Of a stretch of DNA of 64,000 nucleotides, positions 36,921 through 46,211 are shown piece by piece. Each line of letters starts with the position of its first letter. Position 1 is the first letter of the stretch. The notes under the pieces were generated by a model that worked only from the letters and a program-made list of their open reading frames with translations, made no database searches and was not told where the DNA came from. Source of the DNA: a virus (taxonomy: Duplodnaviria; Caudoviricetes); IMG/VR virus record IMGVR_UViG_3300033075_001328, positions 8,153 to 72,152 of that record; one strand, given 5' to 3'. A program made the position numbers and the translations under genes.

Positions 36921-36945
36921 ATAATTCGGGTGTATGTTAATCAGG

Positions 36946-37890
36946 TTAGTCTATTACGCCCCTAACCTTTTTCTCCTTTACTATTTCATCCTTCATTATG
37001 TCCGCAAACTTAACCCCGTCCTTAGAGGTACGCAAAAAGTCAAGCAGTATGTCTTCTTTATCGTTGTACTCGTGTGGCTGCACCTTTACTATGTCCTTTT
37101 TCTTAATATCAGTCAACCTTGTGTGCCATCTCCAAGTATAATCTTTAAACTCTACAACATTGAACGTTACTGCATCAGCTATACGCGCCCTTAGCGTCAA
37201 AGCTGCATCGTTCATGCGCTTTTCAAACTCGGCAGGGTTAGCTTCCATTTGACCTATCAAACGTTCACGTATAACGTCCATTTCCTTGTTGGCGTACAAT
37301 TCGTCGCTATCCGCTAGGTTGTAGCCTTTATAAAGCGCGTATGCGTTAATATCCGACAACCTTTCTTCGTTCTGTATCAATAATGTAAACTCGGCTATCT
37401 TCGTTTTATCCGACAACTTCTGCTTAGAAGTCTTAGCTTCTTTTACCTCTTGGTACAAAAAGTTACTGCGTCGCTCTTGGAATAAAGCAGTTGCTACTTC
37501 GCCATACAGTTCAGCGTCGTACATCTCGCTATTTTGATTGCGAGGGTCATTAACTAAGAACTCATACAGGTCGGGCTTGCTTATCAAGTTTACCTTAATC
37601 TGCCCGCGTTCAATGATTATATCTTCGGGGGTATATGAAGTAACCTGTACACCACCTTCCACCTTTAAGCCCTTGTTTTCAAAGTATCTCCAAGTTTCAG
37701 TTTGTTGCGTCTTGGGGTTAATCCTTGTGTACTCGGTAGGGAAACTCAGGCTAGTTTTAGGTAGCTGAATCTGTCCCTTATCTGTATAGGCTATGTGTGG
37801 CGGGGTAGCTACCGTAAAAGTGGCTATCTTCTTCCTGCCTTCTTTTCTTTGAAACTGTTTTACTAATTCGCCGTTTACTTCTATTGGCAT
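36946..37890 (-). CDS. structural protein downstream of the major capsid gene (auxiliary capsid candidate)
   Basis: 314 aa; position only. Confidence 0.55.
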   Translation of the reverse strand: MPIEVNGELVKQFQRKEGRKKIATFTVATPPHIAYTDKGQIQLPKTSLSFPTEYTRINPKTQQTETWRYFENKGLKVEGGVQVTSYTPEDIIIERGQIKVNLISKPDLYEFLVNDPRNQNSEMYDAELYGEVATALFQERRSNFLYQEVKEAKTSKQKLSDKTKIAEFTLLIQNEERLSDINAYALYKGYNLADSDELYANKEMDVIRERLIGQMEANPAEFEKRMNDAALTLRARIADAVTFNVVEFKDYTWRWHTRLTDIKKKDIVKVQPHEYNDKEDILLDFLRTSKDGVKFADIMKDEIVKEKKVRGVID

Positions 37891-37909
37891 AAAATGGGAT
37901 TTTGTGTAT

Positions 37910-37943
37910 AAAAAATGAAGCCCCCATTACCCATAGGGGCTTC
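37910..37943 (-). terminator. intrinsic terminator after the major capsid gene
   Basis: GAAGCCCC/GGGGCTTC stem with a U-run on the minus strand. Confidence 0.8.
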
Positions 37944-37962
37944 TTGTTGTAATGCTGTATGA

Positions 37963-39336
37963 TTAGGTTGGACGAACCAAGCCCCAAGTTTCTATACCGA
38001 ACAATTCAGTACCACCTTCGTGTAGCACGTTGTACTTCACGTTATCGAAACCGTTGGTAGGAGTTTGCGCCATAGCACCTTCTTCCCACACTTTCATCAT
38101 ACGGTTTACGCCACCGTATTCTTTGTAGCGATACGCTATACGGCTCAACTTGTCGCCTGTCTTAGGGTCGGTAGCAAAGCCCAACGGAATAACCGCAGAG
38201 TAGTAGCTATCATCAAAGCCAGGTGCGCCGCCGCCTTGTTCAGCAGCTAATTGAGGTATAGTGGTAAACCAGTAGGTACGGTTGGTTTTCTGTATGCCCT
38301 TGAAGTTGAAGCTAACGGTGTATTTGCTACCGTAGTCAGTGCCATCGCTAGCTATACCAAACTTCTTATTCATTATATTGTCCGCACCGAACAAGTTAGG
38401 GTTCTGTGTGAATAGGTTAGATAAACCGTTTTCAACATCGCGATATTGGTCTGGGCCAGCAGCATACAAGTATTCGCCACCTGCGCGGCGTTTATCAAAT
38501 ACGCGGTTCAATTGGTCGAACCTTGCTATGGTGAAGTTACCAGGTGTGTATGTAACCGTGTTTGAACCAGTGTTCAACCAAGGGAATATACCCGTCATAG
38601 TAGTAGAACCGATGTTTGCGTTGTTAGTAGGTACGCTCCAAAGCATAGCTTGAGATATAGCTAGCAACTGGCGGTATTCAGCTTCTAGCTGACCGCGACC
38701 ATAAGGCATTGCAGTTTTGCCGCTATTATCTACGTCATACCAGTATTGATTAGTCATAGCTGAACCAGTTATCTCAAACGCCTCTTTTATTATCTGCGTA
38801 TCAAAAAGATACTTGATAGTAGGCGTGTTGCGACCATTAGGTTGGTTAGTACCTTCCGCAAAAGTATTAGAAAGTATCTGTATGGTTTCGCCCGCTGTAA
38901 CCGCTGGCAATGCAAAAGTTGTATTTTGCGGTTCTATGGTAAGGTTATAAACGCCAGGCGAAGGGTTCGCAACGGCGGTAATAGTACCAGTTAGTTGGTT
39001 AGTAAATTTCACCAAATCGCGCTCACGTGGATATACGTAGTTGGTAGTTGTCTGCACATCTGCCGTGCTAACCTGTACAGTTATTGGCAAGCCCGTACCT
39101 GGTGCTAGCACATTATTTTGTACTTGGAATGAACGCGCAATCCAGCCTTCTTCATAGTGCCCGAAATTTGGGCCTGCAACAGGTTTTACTTGACCCAAGG
39201 TCATTACCATGTTGAAGAAAGGAAGGAACTGGTCGCCATACTTTTGGAAAAGTACGTTAGATAGTTGGGGTTTTAGCAAGTCGAACGCGGACTGAAAGGG
39301 TTGGTTCACTTGTCCCGTAGCTGATAAATTTGCCAT
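37963..39336 (-). CDS. major capsid protein
   Basis: 457 aa after the scaffold gene, followed by a strong terminator; FQKYG, GHYEEG and TQIIKEAFEITGS pattern of crAss-related capsids. Confidence 0.82.
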   Translation of the reverse strand: MANLSATGQVNQPFQSAFDLLKPQLSNVLFQKYGDQFLPFFNMVMTLGQVKPVAGPNFGHYEEGWIARSFQVQNNVLAPGTGLPITVQVSTADVQTTTNYVYPRERDLVKFTNQLTGTITAVANPSPGVYNLTIEPQNTTFALPAVTAGETIQILSNTFAEGTNQPNGRNTPTIKYLFDTQIIKEAFEITGSAMTNQYWYDVDNSGKTAMPYGRGQLEAEYRQLLAISQAMLWSVPTNNANIGSTTMTGIFPWLNTGSNTVTYTPGNFTIARFDQLNRVFDKRRAGGEYLYAAGPDQYRDVENGLSNLFTQNPNLFGADNIMNKKFGIASDGTDYGSKYTVSFNFKGIQKTNRTYWFTTIPQLAAEQGGGAPGFDDSYYSAVIPLGFATDPKTGDKLSRIAYRYKEYGGVNRMMKVWEEGAMAQTPTNGFDNVKYNVLHEGGTELFGIETWGLVRPT

Positions 39337-39370
39337 TGTCTATGGTTGTGTTTTTGTAGTTGAAAAAATA

Positions 39371-40498
39371 TTAAAGCCCTCCCATTAATTGTTCAATAGT
39401 AGCCTCTTGACGGCTTTTTGCACCATTGTTCGTATTGATAGGCTGCTCGCCACCGCTAGGTCTAGGCGAGTTATATATCCTGCTATACTCTTCGTGCAAC
39501 TTTGACGTTGCTGTACTTACCGCAGAAGATATAATCTTGCCAAAATTCTGTATCATATACCTATTTTTGGCAGATTGCACCAGTTCTTGATAAGCAGCTT
39601 CATTATGCTGCACATTGAAGTTGATAGCCATTTCTTTTGCGTATTGCGCAATCTCTGCGGTATCTTGCTCGGTAAACTTGTAGTTGAACTCAAACTTCTT
39701 GTTACCAACTTTATTATCTGCGCCAAACGCGCTGTAACTCAATGGCACACTAAGTTTGGTTTCTGTCTTGGCTATTTCTGCCAACTTCTTGTCGTTGTTC
39801 CAAGCATTAACACGCTGCTCCTCTAGCTGTTGCAATTCAGCTTGACTTGCTTCCTGCGTTTGCACCTGTGGCGTTAAAGCCTGTCCACGCAGTTCATTGA
39901 TTTTAGCTTCTGCCGATTTTGCATCCATTATCATTTGCGCCTCGCCAGCTAAACGGTCTTCGTCTTCGGCTAAAGGGCTTAATGAATAACGTTTGTCTAT
40001 TACGGCATCGCGTTGTTCTTTTGAAAGCGTCGGGTGCGATAGTTCTAACTCTAGGTCAACCTTCGCCCTTGCATCTAGCTTGCTTACATCCAAGGTGGCG
40101 AACTTTACCAGTGTTTCTGATGGAACGCCTTTTTGTAGTAAGTCGTACAGTTTTACAAAGTTGTCGGCTTCGTACTTCTTAGCATTGTTTGCCGAAACCT
40201 GCAACGCCTGATACTCCTGCTCAAATTCATTTACAGGCTTGCCGAATTTTTTTGTAAATTCTTCCTCAAATGAAAATGTAGGTGTCTGTGTTGCGGCGGT
40301 GGGTTCTACGATTGGTTCGTCTGCCACCTCTGTAAGTTCCGCCTGCGATTCAATAACAGGCGTTTCAGTAACTACCGTTTCCGTTACGATAGGAGTTTCG
40401 GTAGTGGTTTCGGGTGCTGTTACATTCTCTTGCGGAGTGTCGCTTCCCGAACTGTTTCCTGTCATTTCTTGCAGTATTTCTACTATGTCGTCTGCCAT
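39371..40498 (-). CDS. capsid scaffolding protein
   Basis: Acidic T/E/P-rich N-terminus, helical, between portal and major capsid genes. Confidence 0.7.
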   Translation of the reverse strand: MADDIVEILQEMTGNSSGSDTPQENVTAPETTTETPIVTETVVTETPVIESQAELTEVADEPIVEPTAATQTPTFSFEEEFTKKFGKPVNEFEQEYQALQVSANNAKKYEADNFVKLYDLLQKGVPSETLVKFATLDVSKLDARAKVDLELELSHPTLSKEQRDAVIDKRYSLSPLAEDEDRLAGEAQMIMDAKSAEAKINELRGQALTPQVQTQEASQAELQQLEEQRVNAWNNDKKLAEIAKTETKLSVPLSYSAFGADNKVGNKKFEFNYKFTEQDTAEIAQYAKEMAINFNVQHNEAAYQELVQSAKNRYMIQNFGKIISSAVSTATSKLHEEYSRIYNSPRPSGGEQPINTNNGAKSRQEATIEQLMGGL

Positions 40499-40517
40499 AT
40501 AGTTAAAACGTTGATTA

Positions 40518-40556
40518 CAAATTTAAAAACAAATTCCGCTTAAAACATAACTTTAA
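40518..40556 (-). promoter_or_regulatory. promoter for scaffold and major capsid genes
   Basis: TAAATTTG on the minus strand (40518-40525); TTAAAACATAACTTTAA at 40540-40556. Confidence 0.55.
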
Positions 40557-40589
40557 TAGAAAAAAGTTTGCGCTATGATTTACAGCACA

Positions 40590-43067
40590 TTATCTATCCA
40601 AAGCGGATTCAAACTGTTTCTCCCCTTTTTTAAGCTGCGAAGATGCCGTTTTTACCTGCACTTGGTTCTCTGTTTTAAGAGCCGTACTGGCTTCTAACAA
40701 CCTTATATCCTCATTAATTTTGTGCGAATATAGCTTCGCTTCAATCTCTGCGTCAGCCTGCTTTTCTTGTAGCTTCATTTGCGATGCAGCCTGTTGGCTT
40801 TGTATGTTTGCCTCCGCTTGTGCTTGACTGTTTTGCTGCGCCTGCGCCTGCATTGTTTCTAGGTTTTTCCTTATTCGCTGCGCCATGATAGCCTGCACCA
40901 ATAGTAAGTTTGTACCGCTGTTTATTAGATGCACTATATATAGGTAGTCGCTATACTGCAAACCGCCCTTTACTGGGTCGGCAGTATTTGTAACTGCTTG
41001 TTGGGCGGTCATTTTTAGCTCCATGCGCTCCTCTTCCGTAGGCAGTGCAATTATCTTCATGCCATAAGTAAAGGGGCTAACCTCACTTGTTACTTCTATA
41101 CTCTTTGTTACATTTACCCCCAAGCTAGTAGCATAACCTTTGTAGTTGCCATTCTTAACTACAAGCCTCAATCCTTCTGCTATGTGTGTAGCCATCATTT
41201 CCTGCAAAAAGGTTACACCAAATGTAAGAGTACTGATAGAGTTTTGCGCACCATTTACAGCTATTTTAGCTGTACCAGCCAACATCTTAGGGTTAGGGGT
41301 AGAGGCATCCATCAATTCATTTACACCAGTTACTGCCCGCATGTTATTAGCATTACTGTCCATTAACAATAACCAAGCCTGTATATCATTGATAAGCCCG
41401 CTTGGCATTGCCTGTATAGGGTGCGGGTGGGGTTTGCCCGTATCATCTAGTGGGTTTTCGCTAGCCCATATCAACCTGCCCTGCTGCTCGTATAGTTCTA
41501 TTTGATGCTTGATAGGAAACTCCTTGCCGTCTATCATGGCATTTTTTAATGTAGTTATGTTGATTGAGTACCCCGAAGGAACTGCTTTAGCAATAGCGTT
41601 TTGTAGTTTCAACCAAGCTAATATATTCGCCTCTTCAAACGGCTGTAAGCGTTCATTTAAGGAACGGTTGGTTATGCGTACATATTTTATTGGGCAAAGT
41701 GCTTTTTTAGGGTCTTTGGGGTCGCGACCAAGAAAATCAACTGGCCCATAGTTATATATATACTCTGTATTTGGAATCCATTTTGCCTGATAATACCTAT
41801 GCACATCGCTAGCATATACATACTTTTCGCGCGTTTTACCATTGGCTATATATTTAGACTTACCCAACTCTTCCTCGATATAGGTTTTTTTGCCTATCAT
41901 TTGCTTGTAGTTAGGGTTACGCTTCATATAAGCCGCACCTGCATCTGTGTTTAAAAATGCTTCATTTATAGTGCGCATACCGCCATAATCTACTGGCTTG
42001 GTATAGGTTTCGCCGTCCACTACCTCACGCTTGTATTTGAACCTGTCTGTTTCTTCCCAATACAGCGTAATAACAGGTATATTAAAGTTCATCCAATAAT
42101 TGTATGGCGTATCGGTATTGATATATTGGTAGTTAAATGAGTTGGGGAACTGAAACGTTCCATTGCCAAACTTGTTACTATAGCTTTTAGCTATATTCAT
42201 ATAGTCTTGGTCTGACAACTCATCTCCAGCCTCTGCTTTTAATTGCGCCAATGTTATGGTTGTTACATAGCCGATACGCTCAGGAGTTTCCAAATAGTGT
42301 CCCCTGAATGGCGGGTATATCAAGTTGCATATATCTACATACCTTGTCCTTATGCGCTCTGTTACCCTATCATAAAACACTTCTGTAGCACATGCGCCGT
42401 TGTCGAACAAATCCTCTAACAGCATGCGCTTTATCATGCGCCAGTTGCTTTCGCTCAAAACCAACTCATTGCCTAACTCTATTTCTAGCTCACACCTCAT
42501 TTTTTGGGTCAAGCCATATAGCACATCGAGTTCTTCTTTGGTGTTAAAGTCAAAGTCAAGCTCAGGCATAGCAAATAGCTTTGCCCCAGCCTCGGCTTCT
42601 TTCATGTCCGCCCACGCCTTTAGCTGTTTTGCAGCATACAACTTCCATTTAGCTTCCTCTTTAGCATCTACAGCTTCGGGGTTAATTGCAGTAGCCTGAA
42701 CTTCATATTCTAACTTTTCTATGTAATTGATAACTATATCTCTAAACTTAGGTATCAACGTTACAGGCTTGAGGTCTAGGTTTAAATACGTGGCAGCTTC
42801 GCCGCGCTCATCCTTTAAGCCAGATATTTTTGGTATAAAGCGTTGCATGTTGGGATTACCGTCTGCCCACGTCCTATTCTCTATCCAGTCATTTCTTCGC
42901 GCATTACCGAAAGCATTTAATCCGCTTGCCACGTTCCAGTTATACCAATAGGTAGCCCTACACATTTGTAGGCAATATTCTTTCCCTTTTTTTGATGGGT
43001 CGAGTTCTTCGGGGAAGAAATGTGGCTTATTGTCAGGTGGTTTTGGTAACGAGTTGTCTTGTGCCAT
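40590..43067 (-). CDS. portal protein
   Basis: 825 aa; YLNLDLKPVTLIPKFRDIV, AVTGVNELMDASTP and Q-rich C-terminal coiled coil typical of podoviral portals. Confidence 0.85.
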   Translation of the reverse strand: MAQDNSLPKPPDNKPHFFPEELDPSKKGKEYCLQMCRATYWYNWNVASGLNAFGNARRNDWIENRTWADGNPNMQRFIPKISGLKDERGEAATYLNLDLKPVTLIPKFRDIVINYIEKLEYEVQATAINPEAVDAKEEAKWKLYAAKQLKAWADMKEAEAGAKLFAMPELDFDFNTKEELDVLYGLTQKMRCELEIELGNELVLSESNWRMIKRMLLEDLFDNGACATEVFYDRVTERIRTRYVDICNLIYPPFRGHYLETPERIGYVTTITLAQLKAEAGDELSDQDYMNIAKSYSNKFGNGTFQFPNSFNYQYINTDTPYNYWMNFNIPVITLYWEETDRFKYKREVVDGETYTKPVDYGGMRTINEAFLNTDAGAAYMKRNPNYKQMIGKKTYIEEELGKSKYIANGKTREKYVYASDVHRYYQAKWIPNTEYIYNYGPVDFLGRDPKDPKKALCPIKYVRITNRSLNERLQPFEEANILAWLKLQNAIAKAVPSGYSINITTLKNAMIDGKEFPIKHQIELYEQQGRLIWASENPLDDTGKPHPHPIQAMPSGLINDIQAWLLLMDSNANNMRAVTGVNELMDASTPNPKMLAGTAKIAVNGAQNSISTLTFGVTFLQEMMATHIAEGLRLVVKNGNYKGYATSLGVNVTKSIEVTSEVSPFTYGMKIIALPTEEERMELKMTAQQAVTNTADPVKGGLQYSDYLYIVHLINSGTNLLLVQAIMAQRIRKNLETMQAQAQQNSQAQAEANIQSQQAASQMKLQEKQADAEIEAKLYSHKINEDIRLLEASTALKTENQVQVKTASSQLKKGEKQFESALDR

Positions 43068-43087
43068 AGATTTTCAGCAAATTAAAA

Positions 43088-43139
43088 CAAAGGTACTAAA
43101 ATTTAACTTTGATTATAACACTTCAATTAGTTACATTTG
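43088..43139. promoter_or_regulatory. back-to-back promoters (portal / 43180 gene)
   Basis: Minus TACCTTTG 43088-43095; plus TACATTTG 43132-43139. Confidence 0.6.
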
Positions 43140-43179
43140 CTTACTTGAAGTATTACTTTAACTCAAAACAATAACAAAA

Positions 43180-43680
43180 ATGGCAAACGCACAATTTTAT
43201 CCCGATTCGCTCGCCCTTGCAATAAATACAGTACCAGTAAACGAGCCTCAATTTTCAGACCTAAACGTTAAGAATTTCGTTTGGGTACAAGCTACTACCG
43301 CTTCTATCAATGGCGGCGCAGCGCAACCCGTGTTTGAACTGTACTATCAAGAAACAAATGCACTTGACTTAAGCGTATACCTATTCCCTAGGGGCGCAAA
43401 CCAAGGCATAGACGATTTCGTGTCAGTACTGAATACGTGGTGTCCCGTAAACAACATGACAAAATACACTCAATGGGTACAACTAAACGACAGTTTCGAG
43501 TTCCCGCAAAAAGATGTATTGATTAACGACGACCTAGTAACGCGCCGCCGCTACGATTCTCACACCAACTATACCACTATATACGTTGGCTACCGTCAAG
43601 AGTTGATAGATGCAAGGTTCAAGGTAGTTGGCGACCAAGAGCGCGGCTATATTTTCTACGGATACTACGGCTACGTATAG
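43180..43680 (+). CDS. hypothetical protein, monocistronic
   Basis: 166 aa with its own promoter and terminator. Confidence 0.75.
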   Translation: MANAQFYPDSLALAINTVPVNEPQFSDLNVKNFVWVQATTASINGGAAQPVFELYYQETNALDLSVYLFPRGANQGIDDFVSVLNTWCPVNNMTKYTQWVQLNDSFEFPQKDVLINDDLVTRRRYDSHTNYTTIYVGYRQELIDARFKVVGDQERGYIFYGYYGYV

Positions 43681-43712
43681 GCTTTCACTTTTTTACTTCA
43701 TAGAATGGGTTT

Positions 43713-43742
43713 GGGGTGGCAATTTTGCTGCCCCTTTCTTTT
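43713..43742 (+). terminator. intrinsic terminator
   Basis: GGGGTGGCAA/TTGCTGCCCC stem followed by TTTCTTTT. Confidence 0.75.
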
Positions 43743-43773
43743 GTAATTAAGTTTAAAACTTTATTTTAGCCCC

Positions 43774-45585
43774 ATGAACGTAATAGTACTTATTGCTACT
43801 GGCAGGCGAGAATGGGGGGATATGTCGTTAAACCTAGCATTGTCAATAAAAGCCAACAATCCACGACAAAAAATAGCTTTAATACACACTGAATCCGCAA
43901 TAGCAGGGTTAGAGCCTCTAATAAAGCTCGTTTTTGACTTTCAGTACTTGGTACACAGAAGCGACTTCACAACGGCTTATGAGCATGCTTTCTGCCTTAA
44001 AACAGAGCTATATAATATATCGGTGCAGATGTGCCCGTCAGCCACAGCTTTTATTTACTTGGATAGCGACGTGATAATGATTGCGGGCAAAGACCCCGCC
44101 CAATGGTTTGAGGAGCATAAGGACAGGGAGTTTACTAGCTATTGCAATGATATATACGACTACAAAACAGGGCTTCGTTCACGTCCCGACTACAAGTTTT
44201 GGTGTAACCCAGAAGAGGCAGCCGCTTATTTTGGTATAAGCGAAACGGCTAAGATGCCACAGATAAATACCTCGTTTATTTACTTTAAACCTAGCCCCAC
44301 AGTAAAGGAGTTTTTTGATTTGGCTATAGAAGTATGGAAGGATGAAGGATTTGGCGCATACGAAGATTATAAGGGCGCAAAGCCTGATGAGTTTTGTTTC
44401 AATGTGGCGGCGGCAAAGTCAGGGTTGCTGCCCCACCAAACAACTTACCGACCTATATTTTTTAGGTTTGCTTCCGAAAATACAGAAGAAGAATACATAC
44501 AGCAGTACTATAAAGCATTTGGTTTTGCGGGGAAAATGGCTTACACACAACCCCTTATTGACTGGTATAACCGAGCAGTTGCCTATTATAGAAAAGGCTA
44601 TGGACTTAGAACCATGTTTGAGTTCAGTAAGGAAACTAAAAATGCTAAAGACGATAATCAGATAAAGCTAAAATGCAAGGTGCGCACGTTGTTTCGAGAA
44701 GGCGAGGTGGAAAATAGCAACGGTGGTATATTTAATCCTAGTGGTGTGATTTCCAGTCAAGGTACGGAAATAATCCTTTTCAGGAAAGAGAAAAATATGG
44801 ATGTTTATAAGCGTAAATATTCTCACAACACCGCTATACCGCACTTGGTATATGCTAATGGCAAAGACTGTGAAGTCAATATTACAGGATTGCCCAAGGA
44901 TGTAAGGGTTGAAGACTTTAGGCTTGTGCCAAATTCTTTCCTCAAAAATTCTCCGATTCCATTCGAGAACTATTTGTGCACGTTTTCTCTTATAGAAAAC
45001 AATCAGCAAGATTCAATGACTTGCAAAATAGGAGTAGCTAGATTAGGAAGTGCCATAAGTTTCCCTTTCATTTCAACCATTGAGTTGGATAGGTCTGTAA
45101 ATAAGGTAGAAAAAAACTGGTCAGTAATATGCAATGGCGAAGATATGTATGTCATATATAGCCTTTCTCCTTATAAGGTATTTAAGTTTAACGACGACAA
45201 AAAAATTTTCTGCGAGCTTGCAATTAAAGAACCGAACCTTCGCTGGTTTCACCACGGGCAGTTTATTTGCAACAGCACCCACCCCGTACTAATTGATGGC
45301 TACTACCTAATGTTTTTCCATACAAAGGAGAATATGGTTTATTACCACGGCGCAGTATTGATAAACGCCGAAACCTTAGAGATAGAATATTATACTAAGA
45401 ATAGCATTGAACTACCCTTGCGCAATGACGGTATGCACAAAGGGTTACATTATGTAAGTGGGTGTGCTTATGTGGCGGCAACAGATTCTGTAAGGCTGTA
45501 CGTAGGTGAAAATGATAGCCACTCGGTTACGGTTGATTTTGACAAGAACGAATTATTTACTGCTATAAAAAAGAATAAAGCATGA
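43774..45585 (+). CDS. GT-A (GT8-like) glycosyltransferase fused to a GH130-like five-bladed beta-propeller
   Basis: N-half IYLDSD (DxD), INTSFIYF, DEFCFN; C-half FNPS, EDFRL, EKNW, GEND. Confidence 0.72.
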   Translation: MNVIVLIATGRREWGDMSLNLALSIKANNPRQKIALIHTESAIAGLEPLIKLVFDFQYLVHRSDFTTAYEHAFCLKTELYNISVQMCPSATAFIYLDSDVIMIAGKDPAQWFEEHKDREFTSYCNDIYDYKTGLRSRPDYKFWCNPEEAAAYFGISETAKMPQINTSFIYFKPSPTVKEFFDLAIEVWKDEGFGAYEDYKGAKPDEFCFNVAAAKSGLLPHQTTYRPIFFRFASENTEEEYIQQYYKAFGFAGKMAYTQPLIDWYNRAVAYYRKGYGLRTMFEFSKETKNAKDDNQIKLKCKVRTLFREGEVENSNGGIFNPSGVISSQGTEIILFRKEKNMDVYKRKYSHNTAIPHLVYANGKDCEVNITGLPKDVRVEDFRLVPNSFLKNSPIPFENYLCTFSLIENNQQDSMTCKIGVARLGSAISFPFISTIELDRSVNKVEKNWSVICNGEDMYVIYSLSPYKVFKFNDDKKIFCELAIKEPNLRWFHHGQFICNSTHPVLIDGYYLMFFHTKENMVYYHGAVLINAETLEIEYYTKNSIELPLRNDGMHKGLHYVSGCAYVAATDSVRLYVGENDSHSVTVDFDKNELFTAIKKNKA

Positions 45586-46211
45586 GCTTACTAGAAGATA
45601 AATTGCCATACCTATTGCAAATGCACGGCTGGTGCACAGAAGATAAAATGCGCCACTTGTACGGGTTGGTTATAAAGCATCACGAGGATAACCCTAATAT
45701 AACCCCAGTGAGCGTTGAGTTGGGCGTATTTGCAGGCAGAAGCGCACTTCCTATGGCAATAGCGCACAAAGAAATAAACAAGGGCTATTTGGTAGCTATT
45801 GACGCTTGGACAGTAGAAGCTACACAGGAAGGCAGCAATAGCAAGGAAAACGACGAATGGTGGGCAAGCCTGTCTAACATTGGACAGATGTTTGATTACT
45901 TCCATAAATCAATAGAAGCGTTAGAAGTAGGCGGAAGGGTGTCGGTAATAAAAGAAAAAGCAGAAGATGTTGCCCCTAGGGTTGCTGATAGTTCAATTAC
46001 TCTTTTGCATATTGACGGAAACCACTCAGAGGAAAAGAGTTGTCAAGATGTAGAGCTATGGCTGCCAAAGGTTGTTGGCGGAGGTTATATAGTGCTTGAC
46101 GACACGGGTTGGGCTACGGTTAAAAAGGCATATAATATGCTAAAGGCGGTGTGCGACATCGAGTTTGAAAAAGAAGGAGAGAATAGTTATACAGTATTTA
46201 AAAAGAAGTAG
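45582..46211 (+). CDS. class I SAM-dependent methyltransferase (small-molecule/sugar type)
   Basis: VELGVFAGRS, LLHIDGNH, GGYIVLDD. Confidence 0.88.
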   Translation: MSLLEDKLPYLLQMHGWCTEDKMRHLYGLVIKHHEDNPNITPVSVELGVFAGRSALPMAIAHKEINKGYLVAIDAWTVEATQEGSNSKENDEWWASLSNIGQMFDYFHKSIEALEVGGRVSVIKEKAEDVAPRVADSSITLLHIDGNHSEEKSCQDVELWLPKVVGGGYIVLDDTGWATVKKAYNMLKAVCDIEFEKEGENSYTVFKKK

